Source: an uncultured Chloroflexia bacterium (lineage in GTDB: Bacteria > Chloroflexota > Limnocylindria > Limnocylindrales > CSP1-4). Taken from it: a stretch of 64,000 nt of DNA. The stretch's first letter is position 1. Each line of letters opens with the position of its first letter. A program made the translations under genes and the position numbers. Below, piece after piece: positions 52,501-60,860 of the stretch. The notes under the pieces are model-generated. The model was not told where the DNA came from and did no database searches. It saw only the letters and a list, made by a program, of their open reading frames with translations. Location of the stretch: positions 11,629 to 75,628 of the forward strand of contig CAVRAX010000004.1 of the NCBI GenBank assembly GCA_963719145.1, read 5' to 3'.

Positions 52501-53396
52501 TCGGCTCGCGGACCGTCGTGACCCGGACTCGCTCGACGATGGCCGTCGTGACCCTCGAGGACCTCCAGGGCTCGATCGAGGTCGTCGTCTTCCCCAAGCT
52601 CTACGAACAGACCGGACCGACCTGGGCAGAGGGCAACATCCTCCTCGTCTCGGGGCGGGTCGACCATCGCGGCGAGGACGTCTCCCTGCTCGCGGACCTC
52701 GTGACCCCCTGGGACGACGCGGTCGCCCGGGGCGCCGAGGCCTTTGCCCGCGACGTCGCCGCGGGCGACCGCGGCAGCTTCAGGCGGCGAGGCCCGGGCG
52801 GCAACGGAAGTCATGGTGGCGACGGGCGCGGCGCTCCGCCCGGCACACCGGTCGCGGTCGGGCCCGGGCGACCCGGCGGCGCGATGGCCGCGCCTGGGGC
52901 TCCCGGTCCGGGGCTCCCTGCCCGGCGGGCCGACGTGCCGTACGTCTCGCCCCTCCGGGCGGGCGCGGCGCCGGTCTCGACCCTGCCTCCGATCGCCCCG
53001 GCCGAGCCGATCCGGACCTACGCCGATTCCCCCACGGGCGGCCCGGATCCGGCCGCCGAACTCGACGATGAGCCGGCCCTCCCCGACGAGGCGCGAACGC
53101 GCGTTGCCGCCGCGGCGACCGCCGCGACGACGCCCCTCGAAACGCCGGGGCCGGGCCGCGTGGTCCACGTCCGGTTCGGCGGGGCCCCGGCTGAGCAGCT
53201 CGTCCGGGCGATGGAGACGTTCCGCCAGCTCATCCGTGAGCGACCCGGCGAGACCCGCGTCATCGTCCACGTCCCGGCTCCGGGCGGAGCAGCCCTCCCG
53301 ATGGAGCTCAAGCAGACGGTCGCCTACGACGCCGAGCTGCTCGCCGAGGTCCAGCGTCGACTCGGAGTGGGCGTGGCCAGCGTTTCGATCGCCTGA
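49536..53396 (+). CDS. dnaE: DNA polymerase III alpha subunit, with a ~250-aa low-complexity C-terminal extension ending in a small extra domain.
   Basis: PHP domain VHLHTHSEFSLLDG, polymerase core, OB fold, GTG start, 1286 aa. Confidence 0.95.
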   Translation: MTTLTGRDFVHLHTHSEFSLLDGLGRITDLVDEAGAQGFDSLAITDHGALYGAVAFYQAARNKGIKPIIGVETYVARRSMTDKEGKADAQPFHLVLLATDLVGYRNLCRLVTDAHIDGYYYKPRIDREHLARHSQGLVGLSACLNGEVARALEVEDWDLARSLAGEYRDILGDGRFFLELQDHGLPEQRRLNEQLLRLAPETGLPLVVTNDLHYVHRQQAPAHDVLLCVGTGNNLDTPGRLKFESDAFYLKSAAEMAALFPDQREALLNSRGIAEMCDVELPLGQLRIPHFPVPDGETVESWLRAECERGLAWRYGTVTPELQARLDYELGVIISMGYAGYFLIVADFTRFAREQGIQTTCRGSAPGSIVTYTLGITPVDPIAWDLPFERFLNPDRVTMPDIDVDFQDDRRDEVIAYVSRKYGQDHVAQIITFGTMLARAAIRDVGRVLGHSYGDVDRVAKAVPNQLGIRLEEALEISPALREQVEADEGVRRIIDFARQLEGVSRNASTHAAGVVISREPLTELMPLQKATNSDSLMTQYEMHAIEALGLLKFDFLGLSNLTILKNAVDQIRAHRSVDIDLDRIPLDDAATFELLASGETTGIFQLESAGMRRYVRDLRPTSVFDLAAMVALYRPGPMDNIPAYIRRKHGQEEVTYLHPLLEPFLERTYGIFVYQEDIMAAAIALGGFTGPEADTLGYAIRKKKSSVLRAQKERFVTQAAERGVPPQTIDAVFKAFEPFERYGFNKAHATCYGLIAYQTAYLKANYTVEYMTSVLSAFRSSEEKVAAAVAECRRLGIEVRPPDIHRSQLEFTVEGDAIRFGLLAVKNVGQGAIESIIETREADGTFRSLTDFCSRIDLRLGNKKVLESLAKVGALNTFGHPAQILMGLDEAVAAGQATQHDRVTGQVSLFEMGADDAALFERPLPPTPEAPVRERLRWEKELLGLYLSEHPMGEVADRVGDFVTAYSGDLKSDETLDGQRLVIGGIVVGSRTVVTRTRSTMAVVTLEDLQGSIEVVVFPKLYEQTGPTWAEGNILLVSGRVDHRGEDVSLLADLVTPWDDAVARGAEAFARDVAAGDRGSFRRRGPGGNGSHGGDGRGAPPGTPVAVGPGRPGGAMAAPGAPGPGLPARRADVPYVSPLRAGAAPVSTLPPIAPAEPIRTYADSPTGGPDPAAELDDEPALPDEARTRVAAAATAATTPLETPGPGRVVHVRFGGAPAEQLVRAMETFRQLIRERPGETRVIVHVPAPGGAALPMELKQTVAYDAELLAEVQRRLGVGVASVSIA

Positions 53397-53498
53397 AGGG
53401 GCGCCGGGCCTGGCCCGGCTTGGCGCAGGTGCCGGGAGCGTAGGCTCCGGCGAGCGCCGGCTTCGGCAAGTTCGGCCGGTGCGGCCTGTTCGGCCGGC

Positions 53499-54068
53499 TC
53501 AGCCGCGGGCGAGGCGCCGAGCCGCACGGATGGCGGTGAACCGATCCACGTACGCTTCCCGGATCGCGTTGAGTGTCGGCCGGTCGAGGCCGAGCTCCTT
53601 GGCGATCTGGTTGATCGCCTGGGCCTCGTCATTGGTGATCTCGTCGTCGGCCGCCCCGACGGCGAAGCACGCCCGGACGAGCGCCTGCTTCTGCTCGTCC
53701 GTGGCGATGCCGGCGAACTCGCGAGTGACGAGGTAGTCCTCGGTCCCGAACTTCGCCCGCGCCTGGAGCTTGGCCATCTGGACGACGAGCACGGCCTGGG
53801 CCGAGTCGAGCCCGCCGAGCTCGATCACGGCCGACTCCATGACCGCCGTCTCCTCGGGGCTGATGTCGAGATCCGCGTGGGCGGCGCGAGCCAGGATGTA
53901 GGCGAAGCCGGCGAGGAAGCGGGCCCGATCCGGTGGCAGGGAGTCGAGACGGGCGACGATTCGGCGGACGGTGTCGGTCTCGCCGGCATCGCCGCGACCG
54001 GCGGTCGGGGCCTGGGCGCGATCAGGAGTGGCTGCCGCGGCGCGGAGACGGTCCAGGAAGCCGCTCAT
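53499..54068 (-). CDS. TerB-like (tellurite-resistance/DjlA-N-domain-like) protein.
   Basis: The start is set at the internal ATG 54068 (MSGFLDRLRAA…). The helical domain carries acidic motifs (AADDEITNDEAQAINQIAKELGL). The upstream part of the track ORF is low-complexity. Confidence 0.5.
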   Translation of the reverse strand: MSGFLDRLRAAAATPDRAQAPTAGRGDAGETDTVRRIVARLDSLPPDRARFLAGFAYILARAAHADLDISPEETAVMESAVIELGGLDSAQAVLVVQMAKLQARAKFGTEDYLVTREFAGIATDEQKQALVRACFAVGAADDEITNDEAQAINQIAKELGLDRPTLNAIREAYVDRFTAIRAARRLARG

Positions 54069-54229
54069 GCGACGACCTGGCGGGACTCTACGACCGGGCG
54101 GGATTCGACGGCCTCTCGGGTTTGGGTGGTGTGCGTTCGACGATCCATGGGTGCACTCTACCGAGATCGTCGAGATGACGGCCCGAAACGGCCGTCCGGC
54201 GAGGGTTTGACCGAGGAGGCTGATCGCCA

Positions 54230-54409
54230 ATGAAAGAGGTCACCTGCCTCTGCGGCTGGCAGTGCCGCGGGACAGAGGACGAGGTCGTGGAACAGGTCAT
54301 CGCCCATGGCCGCGAGGCGCACGGCGTCGAGTCGTCGCGCGACGAGATCCTGGCGATCGCGGTCGAGGTCCCGGTCGCCACCGGGAGCGCGGATGGCGAG
54401 CGGGGCTGA
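54230..54409 (+). CDS. DUF1059-like small protein (59 aa), not in the ORF track.
   Basis: The ATG at 54230 has a GAGGAGG RBS 9 nt upstream. Translation is MKEVTCLCGWQCRGTEDEVVEQVIAHGREAHGVESSRDEILAIAVEVPVATGSADGERG*, which matches the DUF1059 pattern (Cys cluster plus HxxxxHG). Confidence 0.6.
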   Translation: MKEVTCLCGWQCRGTEDEVVEQVIAHGREAHGVESSRDEILAIAVEVPVATGSADGERG

Positions 54410-54956
54410 GGGCGAACCGGCGGGCGATCGCCCCGCCGAGCAGCGGCTGCCGATCGTCGCGCCCGTCGTCGAGGCGCCCTGGTCGCCGGACTTCGTCGCC
54501 CAGACCCTCGAGGTCTTCATCGTCAGTCGCACACCGGTGGGTCTGGCCAACCTGCGACCGGTCCATGCGTCGGCGCTCCGCCTCGCCATGGGCGTCGGCC
54601 GCGAGCCGGCCGAGCTCGTCATGGCCGCGCTGGAGCGGTACGCCCTCCGGCCGATCGTCGTCCACTCGACCTCGTGGCGCGCCGAGCCCGGTCGGATCAT
54701 CCTGACCTACGTCGCTGCCGTGGAGGATCCGGAACCCCTGAGTCCCTTCCTCGCTGCCGAGCCCGTCGGCCGCGTCGCCCTCGCCCGCGGCGAGGCGACG
54801 GCGGCCCCCGAGGCGATCGCGGAGGCGCAAGTCCTGGAGCACGCCCTCCGGCACCTCTCGTGGCTCGTCCGTGACGATGTCGCCGTCCGCGAGGCCCTCG
54901 GCCCGTGGCGGCCCGCGCTCGAGGGCTACGTTCCGGAGCCGTTCCGAAACCTCTAG
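54393..54956 (+). CDS. Hypothetical protein of ~187 aa.
   Basis: The internal ATG of track ORF 54306..54956 is used. The upstream part is Arg/Ser low-complexity. No recognisable motif. It overlaps the DUF1059 ORF end by 17 nt, so the start is uncertain. Confidence 0.4.
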   Translation: MASGAEGEPAGDRPAEQRLPIVAPVVEAPWSPDFVAQTLEVFIVSRTPVGLANLRPVHASALRLAMGVGREPAELVMAALERYALRPIVVHSTSWRAEPGRIILTYVAAVEDPEPLSPFLAAEPVGRVALARGEATAAPEAIAEAQVLEHALRHLSWLVRDDVAVREALGPWRPALEGYVPEPFRNL

Positions 54957-55153
54957 GTCCGTTGCCGCGACGCCGTCGACGCGCAGCTTCCTGTCGCCGA
55001 TCTGACACGCGGCCTGTCACGGGCCCGATCCGCGAGGCGCGCCGGAGCCGGTACCGTCGGCTCGGTGCCCGCCTGCGATACCACATACCGTTCCCCCGGC
55101 GGTCGGTGCCGCGGCGGGCGCCAAGCTCAGTCGTGCCCCAGGCGCGCGGATGA

Positions 55154-55239
55154 TGGTGCCGGAGGTGGGATTCGAACCCACAAGAGGTTGCCCTCAGCAG
55201 TGTTTGAGACTGCAGCGTATGCCGTTCCGCCACTCCGGC
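55154..55239 (-). tRNA. tRNA-Leu (anticodon CAA).
   Basis: Manual fold of the reverse complement gives acceptor GCCGGAG/CTCCGGC, D-arm, anticodon stem GCAGT/ACTGC with loop CTCAAAC (anticodon CAA), a long variable arm (type II), T-arm GTGGG-TTCGAAT-CCCAC, and an encoded CCA. Confidence 0.9.
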
Positions 55240-55423
55240 CGCGGTGGTTGGCTCGCATCGTACCCCGGCGAACCGCGGCCGCTCGCTGGCGTCCGACCGG
55301 GCGACCGATGCTAGACTCGCGCCCGCCTCAGTATCGCCGCCGGGAGGATCCCCCAAGGCCGTGGAGGACCGTCGCTCGATCGAGGCGTCCGAGGACCCCG
55401 TCCAGCGACGTGACCTGATCCTC

Positions 55424-55969
55424 ATGGACCAGGCTCGAGGGGGGAGCCTGGACGCCTTCAACGACCTCGTCGTCTTCTACCAGGACCTCCTCTACGCTCT
55501 CGTCGTCCGGCTCGTTCCCGACCGTGACCAGGCGGCGGATGCCGTCCAGGAGGCGTTCTTCTCGGCCTACCGGAACATGCACGGGTTCCGGGGCGGTTCG
55601 GTCCGATCCTGGCTGAGCCGGATCGCGATCAACGCCGCGATGGACGCCCAGCGCCTCCGGAAGCGACGCCCGGCCGACCCCTACCCGGAGCTCGAGGATG
55701 ACAGCTGGCAGCCGCCGTCGAGCCCGGACGACGACCCGGTCACGACGGCCCTCCGAACCGAGCGCCATCGCGCCCTGAACGACGCCCTGGCGCGGATCAC
55801 CGACGACCAGCGGATCGCGATCGTCCTCTTCGACATCGAGGGCTACGACTACGCCGAGATCGCGGGAATGACGAGCGTCTCGCTGGGGACGGTGAAGTCG
55901 CGGATCCATCGCGGCCGTCTCGCCCTGCGCGACCGCCTCGCCGACCGGATGGACCTGTTTCGTGCCTGA
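55424..55969 (+). CDS. ECF-subfamily RNA polymerase sigma factor.
   Basis: Region 2 (DAFNDLVVFYQDLLYALVVRLV…AVQEAFFSAYRNM) and region 4 (IAIVLFDIEGYDYAEIAGMTSVSLGTVKSRIHRGRLAL). The start is at the internal ATG 55424. Confidence 0.85.
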   Translation: MDQARGGSLDAFNDLVVFYQDLLYALVVRLVPDRDQAADAVQEAFFSAYRNMHGFRGGSVRSWLSRIAINAAMDAQRLRKRRPADPYPELEDDSWQPPSSPDDDPVTTALRTERHRALNDALARITDDQRIAIVLFDIEGYDYAEIAGMTSVSLGTVKSRIHRGRLALRDRLADRMDLFRA

Positions 55970-55993
55970 CCACCGCGGCTTCGGGGAGAAGTG

Positions 55994-56836
55994 ATGGAAC
56001 CGGATCGCCCGTCCGCCCGTCAATCCGGCGAGATGACCAGCAGCCATCGCGAGCCGGGTCCCGCCGCGCACGAAACCCACGATCAGGTCCTGATCGCCGC
56101 CCGAGCGGCCGGCGATCTCGCGGGCCGGGACTTCGAGCGCGCCGAGGAGCTCCTCGCGACGTGTGCCTCGTGCCGTTCCCTCCACGATGAGCTTGTCGTG
56201 ATCAGCGCGGCGTCCCGGAGCCTTCCGGCACCGAGCCGCCCGCCCGGCCTCGACTTCCGGCTCTCGCCCGACCAGGCCTCGCGTCTCGCCGCCGGCGGCT
56301 GGTGGCGGCGGCTGCTTCAGCCATTCGGACCCACCGCCGCCGCATCGTGGCGACCCATGGCCGCGGCGCTGACCACGCTCGGCCTGGCCGGGCTGCTCCT
56401 CGCCGCGCTGCCGAACCTCCAGCTGGGTGCCGGCGGCGCGGCCGGAATTCTCTCGACCGTCGGCGCGTCCGTGCCCGGCAGCGCCGCCGGCGGCGCTGCG
56501 GCCTCCTCCGACCCGCGGGTCCTTGGTCCGGCCGCCCAGCCGACGCCCGCACCCACGACGGATCGCACCAACGTTGACACGGCCGGGGGACCGATCTCCT
56601 CAGCTCCCGGCACGGTCTCGGGAAATACCGCGGAGCCGGCCGGGCCGGCCTCGCCCAGCGCCTCGTCCGGCGACGCCTACGAAGGGGTCGTCGCTTCGCC
56701 CCAGGGCAGCAAGTCGATCGTCACCGAGTCGCCGGGATCCAGCGGACCCGCGCCGCTCATGGTCGTCAGCCTGATCCTCGTCGGCGCCGGCCTCGGCCTC
56801 TTCGCGCTTCGGCTGGCCGCCCGGCGCCTGGTCTGA
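55994..56836 (+). CDS. Putative anti-sigma factor, membrane-anchored (partially ZAS-like).
   Basis: Lies immediately downstream of the ECF sigma. N-terminal cytoplasmic segment with an H/C cluster (…TCASCRSLHDE…), a central TM (LTTLGLAGLLLAAL), and a Pro/Ala/Ser-rich extracytoplasmic tail ending in a second TM. Confidence 0.55.
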   Translation: MEPDRPSARQSGEMTSSHREPGPAAHETHDQVLIAARAAGDLAGRDFERAEELLATCASCRSLHDELVVISAASRSLPAPSRPPGLDFRLSPDQASRLAAGGWWRRLLQPFGPTAAASWRPMAAALTTLGLAGLLLAALPNLQLGAGGAAGILSTVGASVPGSAAGGAAASSDPRVLGPAAQPTPAPTTDRTNVDTAGGPISSAPGTVSGNTAEPAGPASPSASSGDAYEGVVASPQGSKSIVTESPGSSGPAPLMVVSLILVGAGLGLFALRLAARRLV

Positions 56837-56912
56837 TCCCGGGCTGGGGGCCCGTCGCCGGTACACTGGACGGCAACGTCCCGCACCCGAGGACACCCGC
56901 CGAGGCTCGCCC

Positions 56913-59828
56913 ATGGAACGCCTGATGCTGCTCGACGGCTTCGGGCTCGTCTATCGCGGATACTTCGCCCTTCCGCCGCTGACCACCGCCAAGGGCGACC
57001 TCGTGAACGGCGTGTTCGGGTTCTGCAGCATCGTCCTCCGCGGCTTCGCCGACCTGAAGCCGGACTACGTCGCGGTCGCCTTCGATCTCTCCGGCCCGAC
57101 CTTCCGCCACGAGCAGTACGCGGACTACAAGGCGACCCGGACCCGGATGCCCGACGACCTCGCCGCCCAGTTCCCCAAGGTCCGCGAGGTCGTGAAGGCC
57201 CTCCGGATTCCGGTCTACGAGCAGCAGGGCTTCGAGGCCGACGACGTCATCGGGACGCTCACGGCCCAGGCCGACGCGCGCGATCTCGAGACGACGATCG
57301 TGTCGGTCGACCTGGACATGCTCCAGCTCGTCAGCGACCGGACCCGGTTGATGACGACCCGGTCGGGCGTCGAGAACACGGTCGTCTACGACCCGGCCAG
57401 GATCCGGGAGCGATTCGGGCTTCGGCCGGACCAGATGATCGACTACAAGTCCCTCAAGGGCGATCCCACGGACAACATCCCCGGCGTGCCCGGGGTGGGG
57501 GAGAAGACGGCCGCAAAGCTCATCGGCCAGTTCGGCGACCTCGACTCGCTCTACGAGCGAATCGAGGAGGTCAAGCCGGACAAGCTCCGGGAGAAGCTGC
57601 GCGAGCATCACGACCGGGTCTACGAGGGCCGGTCGCTGTCGCGAATCGTCCGTGATCTGCCGGTGGAGCTCGACCTCGAGGCCGCCCGCCTCGGCGACTA
57701 CGACCGGGACACGGTCATCCGCCTCTTCCGCGAGTACGAGTTCCGGACCCTGATCGAGCGCCTCCCGGCGATGTCCGGCGAGAGCGCGGCCGAGAAGATC
57801 CAGGCGCTGCGGGACGTGGCCACGAGCGGCACGGTCCCCGCCGCCCGAGTCGGGACCGACCGACCGGCCGGCTGGGGCTCGGGCCGCCCGATCAGAGCGG
57901 GCTCGCTCGGCGGCGAGGGGCTCCAGCTGTCGCTCGACTTCGACGCGGTCAGCGGGGCCGCCGGCGGCGGGACGGCGGCGACCGGGTCGTCGCGAGACGC
58001 CCGGGAGGGTCCGGCCACCTTCGACGACCTCCCCACCGCGCTCGCCGCGGCGATCGCCGACCCCGGCCACATGGAGCTGCACGACGGCGACGGCATCTCC
58101 GCGCTCGAGCCGTGGCTCGGCTCCCAATCGGCCCTCGGCGTCGCCCTCGTGGCAGACGATCCCCGGCCCCGGATGGGCAATCCCCTGGCCTTCGCCCTCG
58201 CCGGCGCCGACGGCCGGGTGGTCGTGGCCGCCGCCGAGGACGCCGACCGGCTGCGGCGTCTCGTCGAGGCCAGTGGGGTGCCGCTCGTCGGCCACGAGGT
58301 GAAGCCGATGCTCGTCGCCCGGATGGCGGCCGACCCGGCGGCGCCGCCCACGAGGGTGGACTTCGACACCCAGATCGCCGCCTACCTCCTCAATGCCGCC
58401 CTCCGCTCCCAGACGATCGACGACGTGGTCGCCGAGCGCCTGGACCTGGTTCTCCCCCCGGCCAAGGAGCTGACCCCGGTCCACCGGGCCGGCCTCCAGG
58501 CCCTGGCCGCCCTGGCGGTCCGGGATCCGCTGGAGCGAGCGCTCACGGAGGCCGGGCTCGAGCGCCTCTTCCGGGAGATCGAGCTCCCGCTCATCCCCGT
58601 GCTCGCCCGGATGGAAGCGGTCGGCGTCGCGGTCGACCTCCAGGCCCTCGCCGCCCTCGATCGTGAGTTCGGGGCGGAGATCGCCCGCCTCGAGGCCGAG
58701 ATCTACACGGCCGTCGGTCACGAGTTCACGATCGGGTCGCCGAAGCAGCTCGGCGAGGTCCTGTTCGGGGAGCTGCAGCTGCCGAAGGGTCGCAAGACGA
58801 AGACCGGCTACTCGACCGATGCGAGCGTCCTCGAAGAGCTCGTCGGCGTCCATCCGGCGATCCAGCCGGTTCTCGACTGGCGGATCTACACGAAGCTCCG
58901 TTCGACGTATGTCGAGGCCCTGCCGGCGCTGATCGCCCCCGACGGCCGCGTCCACACGACGTTCCACCAGGCCGTCGCCGCGACGGGTCGCCTGTCGTCG
59001 TCCGACCCGAACCTCCAGAACATCCCCATCCGGACCGAGCTCGGCCGGCGCATCCGGCGGGCCTTCGTGGCCGGCGGGCCGGGCCTGGTCCTCGTCGCCG
59101 CCGACTACTCCCAGATCGAGCTCCGGATCATCGCCCACGTCTCGGGCGACGAGCACCTCAAGGAGGCCTTCGCTCGCCAGGCCGACATCCATCGCGAGAC
59201 CGCCGCCCGCGTCCTGCACAAGCCCGCCGGCGAGATCACGCCCGACGAGCGGTCGATGGCCAAGATGGTCAACTTCGGGCTGGCCTACGGGATGAGCGAC
59301 TTCGGGCTCTCGACCCGGGCCGGGATCAGCCGCCAGGAGGCCCAGGAGTTCATCAACTCCTACTTCGCGGCCTACTCCGGGATCAGCTACTACATGCTCC
59401 ACATCAAGGAGACCGCCCGGCGCGACGGCTTCGTCCAGACCCTCCTCGGCCGGAAGCGCCAGATCCCGGAGCTCCGGGCCGGGAACCCGGCCCTGCGCGG
59501 AGCGGGGGAGCGGATGGCCATCAACATGCCGATCCAGGGAACGGCCGCGGACATCGTCAAGATCGCGATGATCCGGCTCGACGAACGCCTCGCCCGCGAC
59601 GGCTTCCGGGCCCGGCCGCTCCTCCAGGTCCACGACGAGCTGCTGCTCGAGGTGCCGCGCGACGAGGTCGACCGGCTCGTCCCGGTCCTTCGCGAGACCA
59701 TGGAGAGCGCGCTGCCGCTCGACGTCCCGCTGACGGTCGACGTCAAGGTCGGCGACGACTGGGAGTCCATGACCCCGATCTCGCGTCGTGACGCTGTCCT
59801 CGCCGAGCTGGCCGACGTCGAGGCCTGA
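56913..59828 (+). CDS. polA: DNA polymerase I.
   Basis: 5'-nuclease domain, motif A VAADYSQIELRIIAHVSGDE, motif C QVHDELLLEVP. 971 aa. Confidence 0.95.
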   Translation: MERLMLLDGFGLVYRGYFALPPLTTAKGDLVNGVFGFCSIVLRGFADLKPDYVAVAFDLSGPTFRHEQYADYKATRTRMPDDLAAQFPKVREVVKALRIPVYEQQGFEADDVIGTLTAQADARDLETTIVSVDLDMLQLVSDRTRLMTTRSGVENTVVYDPARIRERFGLRPDQMIDYKSLKGDPTDNIPGVPGVGEKTAAKLIGQFGDLDSLYERIEEVKPDKLREKLREHHDRVYEGRSLSRIVRDLPVELDLEAARLGDYDRDTVIRLFREYEFRTLIERLPAMSGESAAEKIQALRDVATSGTVPAARVGTDRPAGWGSGRPIRAGSLGGEGLQLSLDFDAVSGAAGGGTAATGSSRDAREGPATFDDLPTALAAAIADPGHMELHDGDGISALEPWLGSQSALGVALVADDPRPRMGNPLAFALAGADGRVVVAAAEDADRLRRLVEASGVPLVGHEVKPMLVARMAADPAAPPTRVDFDTQIAAYLLNAALRSQTIDDVVAERLDLVLPPAKELTPVHRAGLQALAALAVRDPLERALTEAGLERLFREIELPLIPVLARMEAVGVAVDLQALAALDREFGAEIARLEAEIYTAVGHEFTIGSPKQLGEVLFGELQLPKGRKTKTGYSTDASVLEELVGVHPAIQPVLDWRIYTKLRSTYVEALPALIAPDGRVHTTFHQAVAATGRLSSSDPNLQNIPIRTELGRRIRRAFVAGGPGLVLVAADYSQIELRIIAHVSGDEHLKEAFARQADIHRETAARVLHKPAGEITPDERSMAKMVNFGLAYGMSDFGLSTRAGISRQEAQEFINSYFAAYSGISYYMLHIKETARRDGFVQTLLGRKRQIPELRAGNPALRGAGERMAINMPIQGTAADIVKIAMIRLDERLARDGFRARPLLQVHDELLLEVPRDEVDRLVPVLRETMESALPLDVPLTVDVKVGDDWESMTPISRRDAVLAELADVEA

Positions 59829-59834
59829 GGCCCG

Positions 59835-60800
59835 TTGCCCCGCTTCGCTCCGCCGCGCCGGGAGCTCACCCGGGTCGACGTCGGCGCCGGCCACACCGGC
59901 GGCCTGCCGCCGTCGCTCCTGGACGTCATCGAGGCCGAGGGCGGCCTGTGGTACGCGGGTGACTGGTATACGAAGCCGGTCGACATCGTCGCCCAGGCAC
60001 GGACGCTGGGGGCGGTCGCCCTCCGTCTCGACGCCCGGGACCTCTCGTTCCTGCGCGACCTGCCAGGGGTCAAGTACCTCCACCTCAGATCGGACGGCAG
60101 CCCGGTCCTCGATCCGGTCGCATCGTTGCCGAACCTGCGAGCGCTGATCCTCGAGAACCGCGCCCAGCGCGGAAGCCTCGACCTGGCGGCCTTCAGGGAT
60201 CTCCGCTGGCTCCGGGTCGGGCTGGGTGGCAAGGGGGGCGCCGCGATGCTCCCGATGATCACCGCCGGGCTGCCGGGCCTTGAATGGCTGGCCCTGTCCG
60301 AGACGAAGGCAAGGACGGTCGTCGAGGTGGTCGCTCGCTTCCCGGCCCTGCGGAGCCTCTCGTTCGGGTACGCCGACTTCCTGCGCGAGGTCGGTCCGAT
60401 CGCGTCAACGTCGCCCCACCTCACGACCCTGTCGCTGCCGATGACCGGAATCCGGACGCTGGACGGGATCGGCGACCTGTCGGAGCTCCGAACGCTGAAC
60501 ATCTTCACCGGCAAGGCGGATGACCTCGGGCCGCTGCGATCGCTCCGGCACCTGCGCCACGCGAGGCTGCTCCTGCCCCGGGTCGCCTCGATCGAGCCGC
60601 TGCGAGGCCATCCGTCACTGCGGATGCTCGAGCTGGCGATGGCGGCCGAGCCCGAGCCGGACGTGCTCGAGTCCATCCCCGGTCTCGTGGCGATCCTGCG
60701 GGGCAAGAGCTTCACCCAGACCGTGGCGTGGCCGGAGATCGACAAGCTCGCGCCAGGGCATCCTCTCCGCGTCGAGTGGTTCCGCGCCATGCGGGAATAG
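59835..60800 (+). CDS. Leucine-rich-repeat (LRR) protein.
   Basis: TTG start 7 nt after the polA stop. Repeated LxxLxxLxLxx(N/T) units (LPNLRALILEN; LPGLEWLALSET; FPALRSLSFGY; SPHLTTLSLPMTGIRTLDGIGDLSELRTLNIF; LRSLRHLRHARLLL). 321 aa. Confidence 0.7.
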   Translation: MPRFAPPRRELTRVDVGAGHTGGLPPSLLDVIEAEGGLWYAGDWYTKPVDIVAQARTLGAVALRLDARDLSFLRDLPGVKYLHLRSDGSPVLDPVASLPNLRALILENRAQRGSLDLAAFRDLRWLRVGLGGKGGAAMLPMITAGLPGLEWLALSETKARTVVEVVARFPALRSLSFGYADFLREVGPIASTSPHLTTLSLPMTGIRTLDGIGDLSELRTLNIFTGKADDLGPLRSLRHLRHARLLLPRVASIEPLRGHPSLRMLELAMAAEPEPDVLESIPGLVAILRGKSFTQTVAWPEIDKLAPGHPLRVEWFRAMRE

Positions 60801-60860
60801 GCAGCAGCCGGGAACCGTTCGTGCGACACCGGCCGGGCCGGTGGCATATCGTCTCTCGCG

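Noticed and set aside
56766-60083. 1105-aa minus-strand ORF antisense to polA and the LRR gene.
   Set aside because: Shadow ORF. polA motifs are unambiguous on the plus strand.
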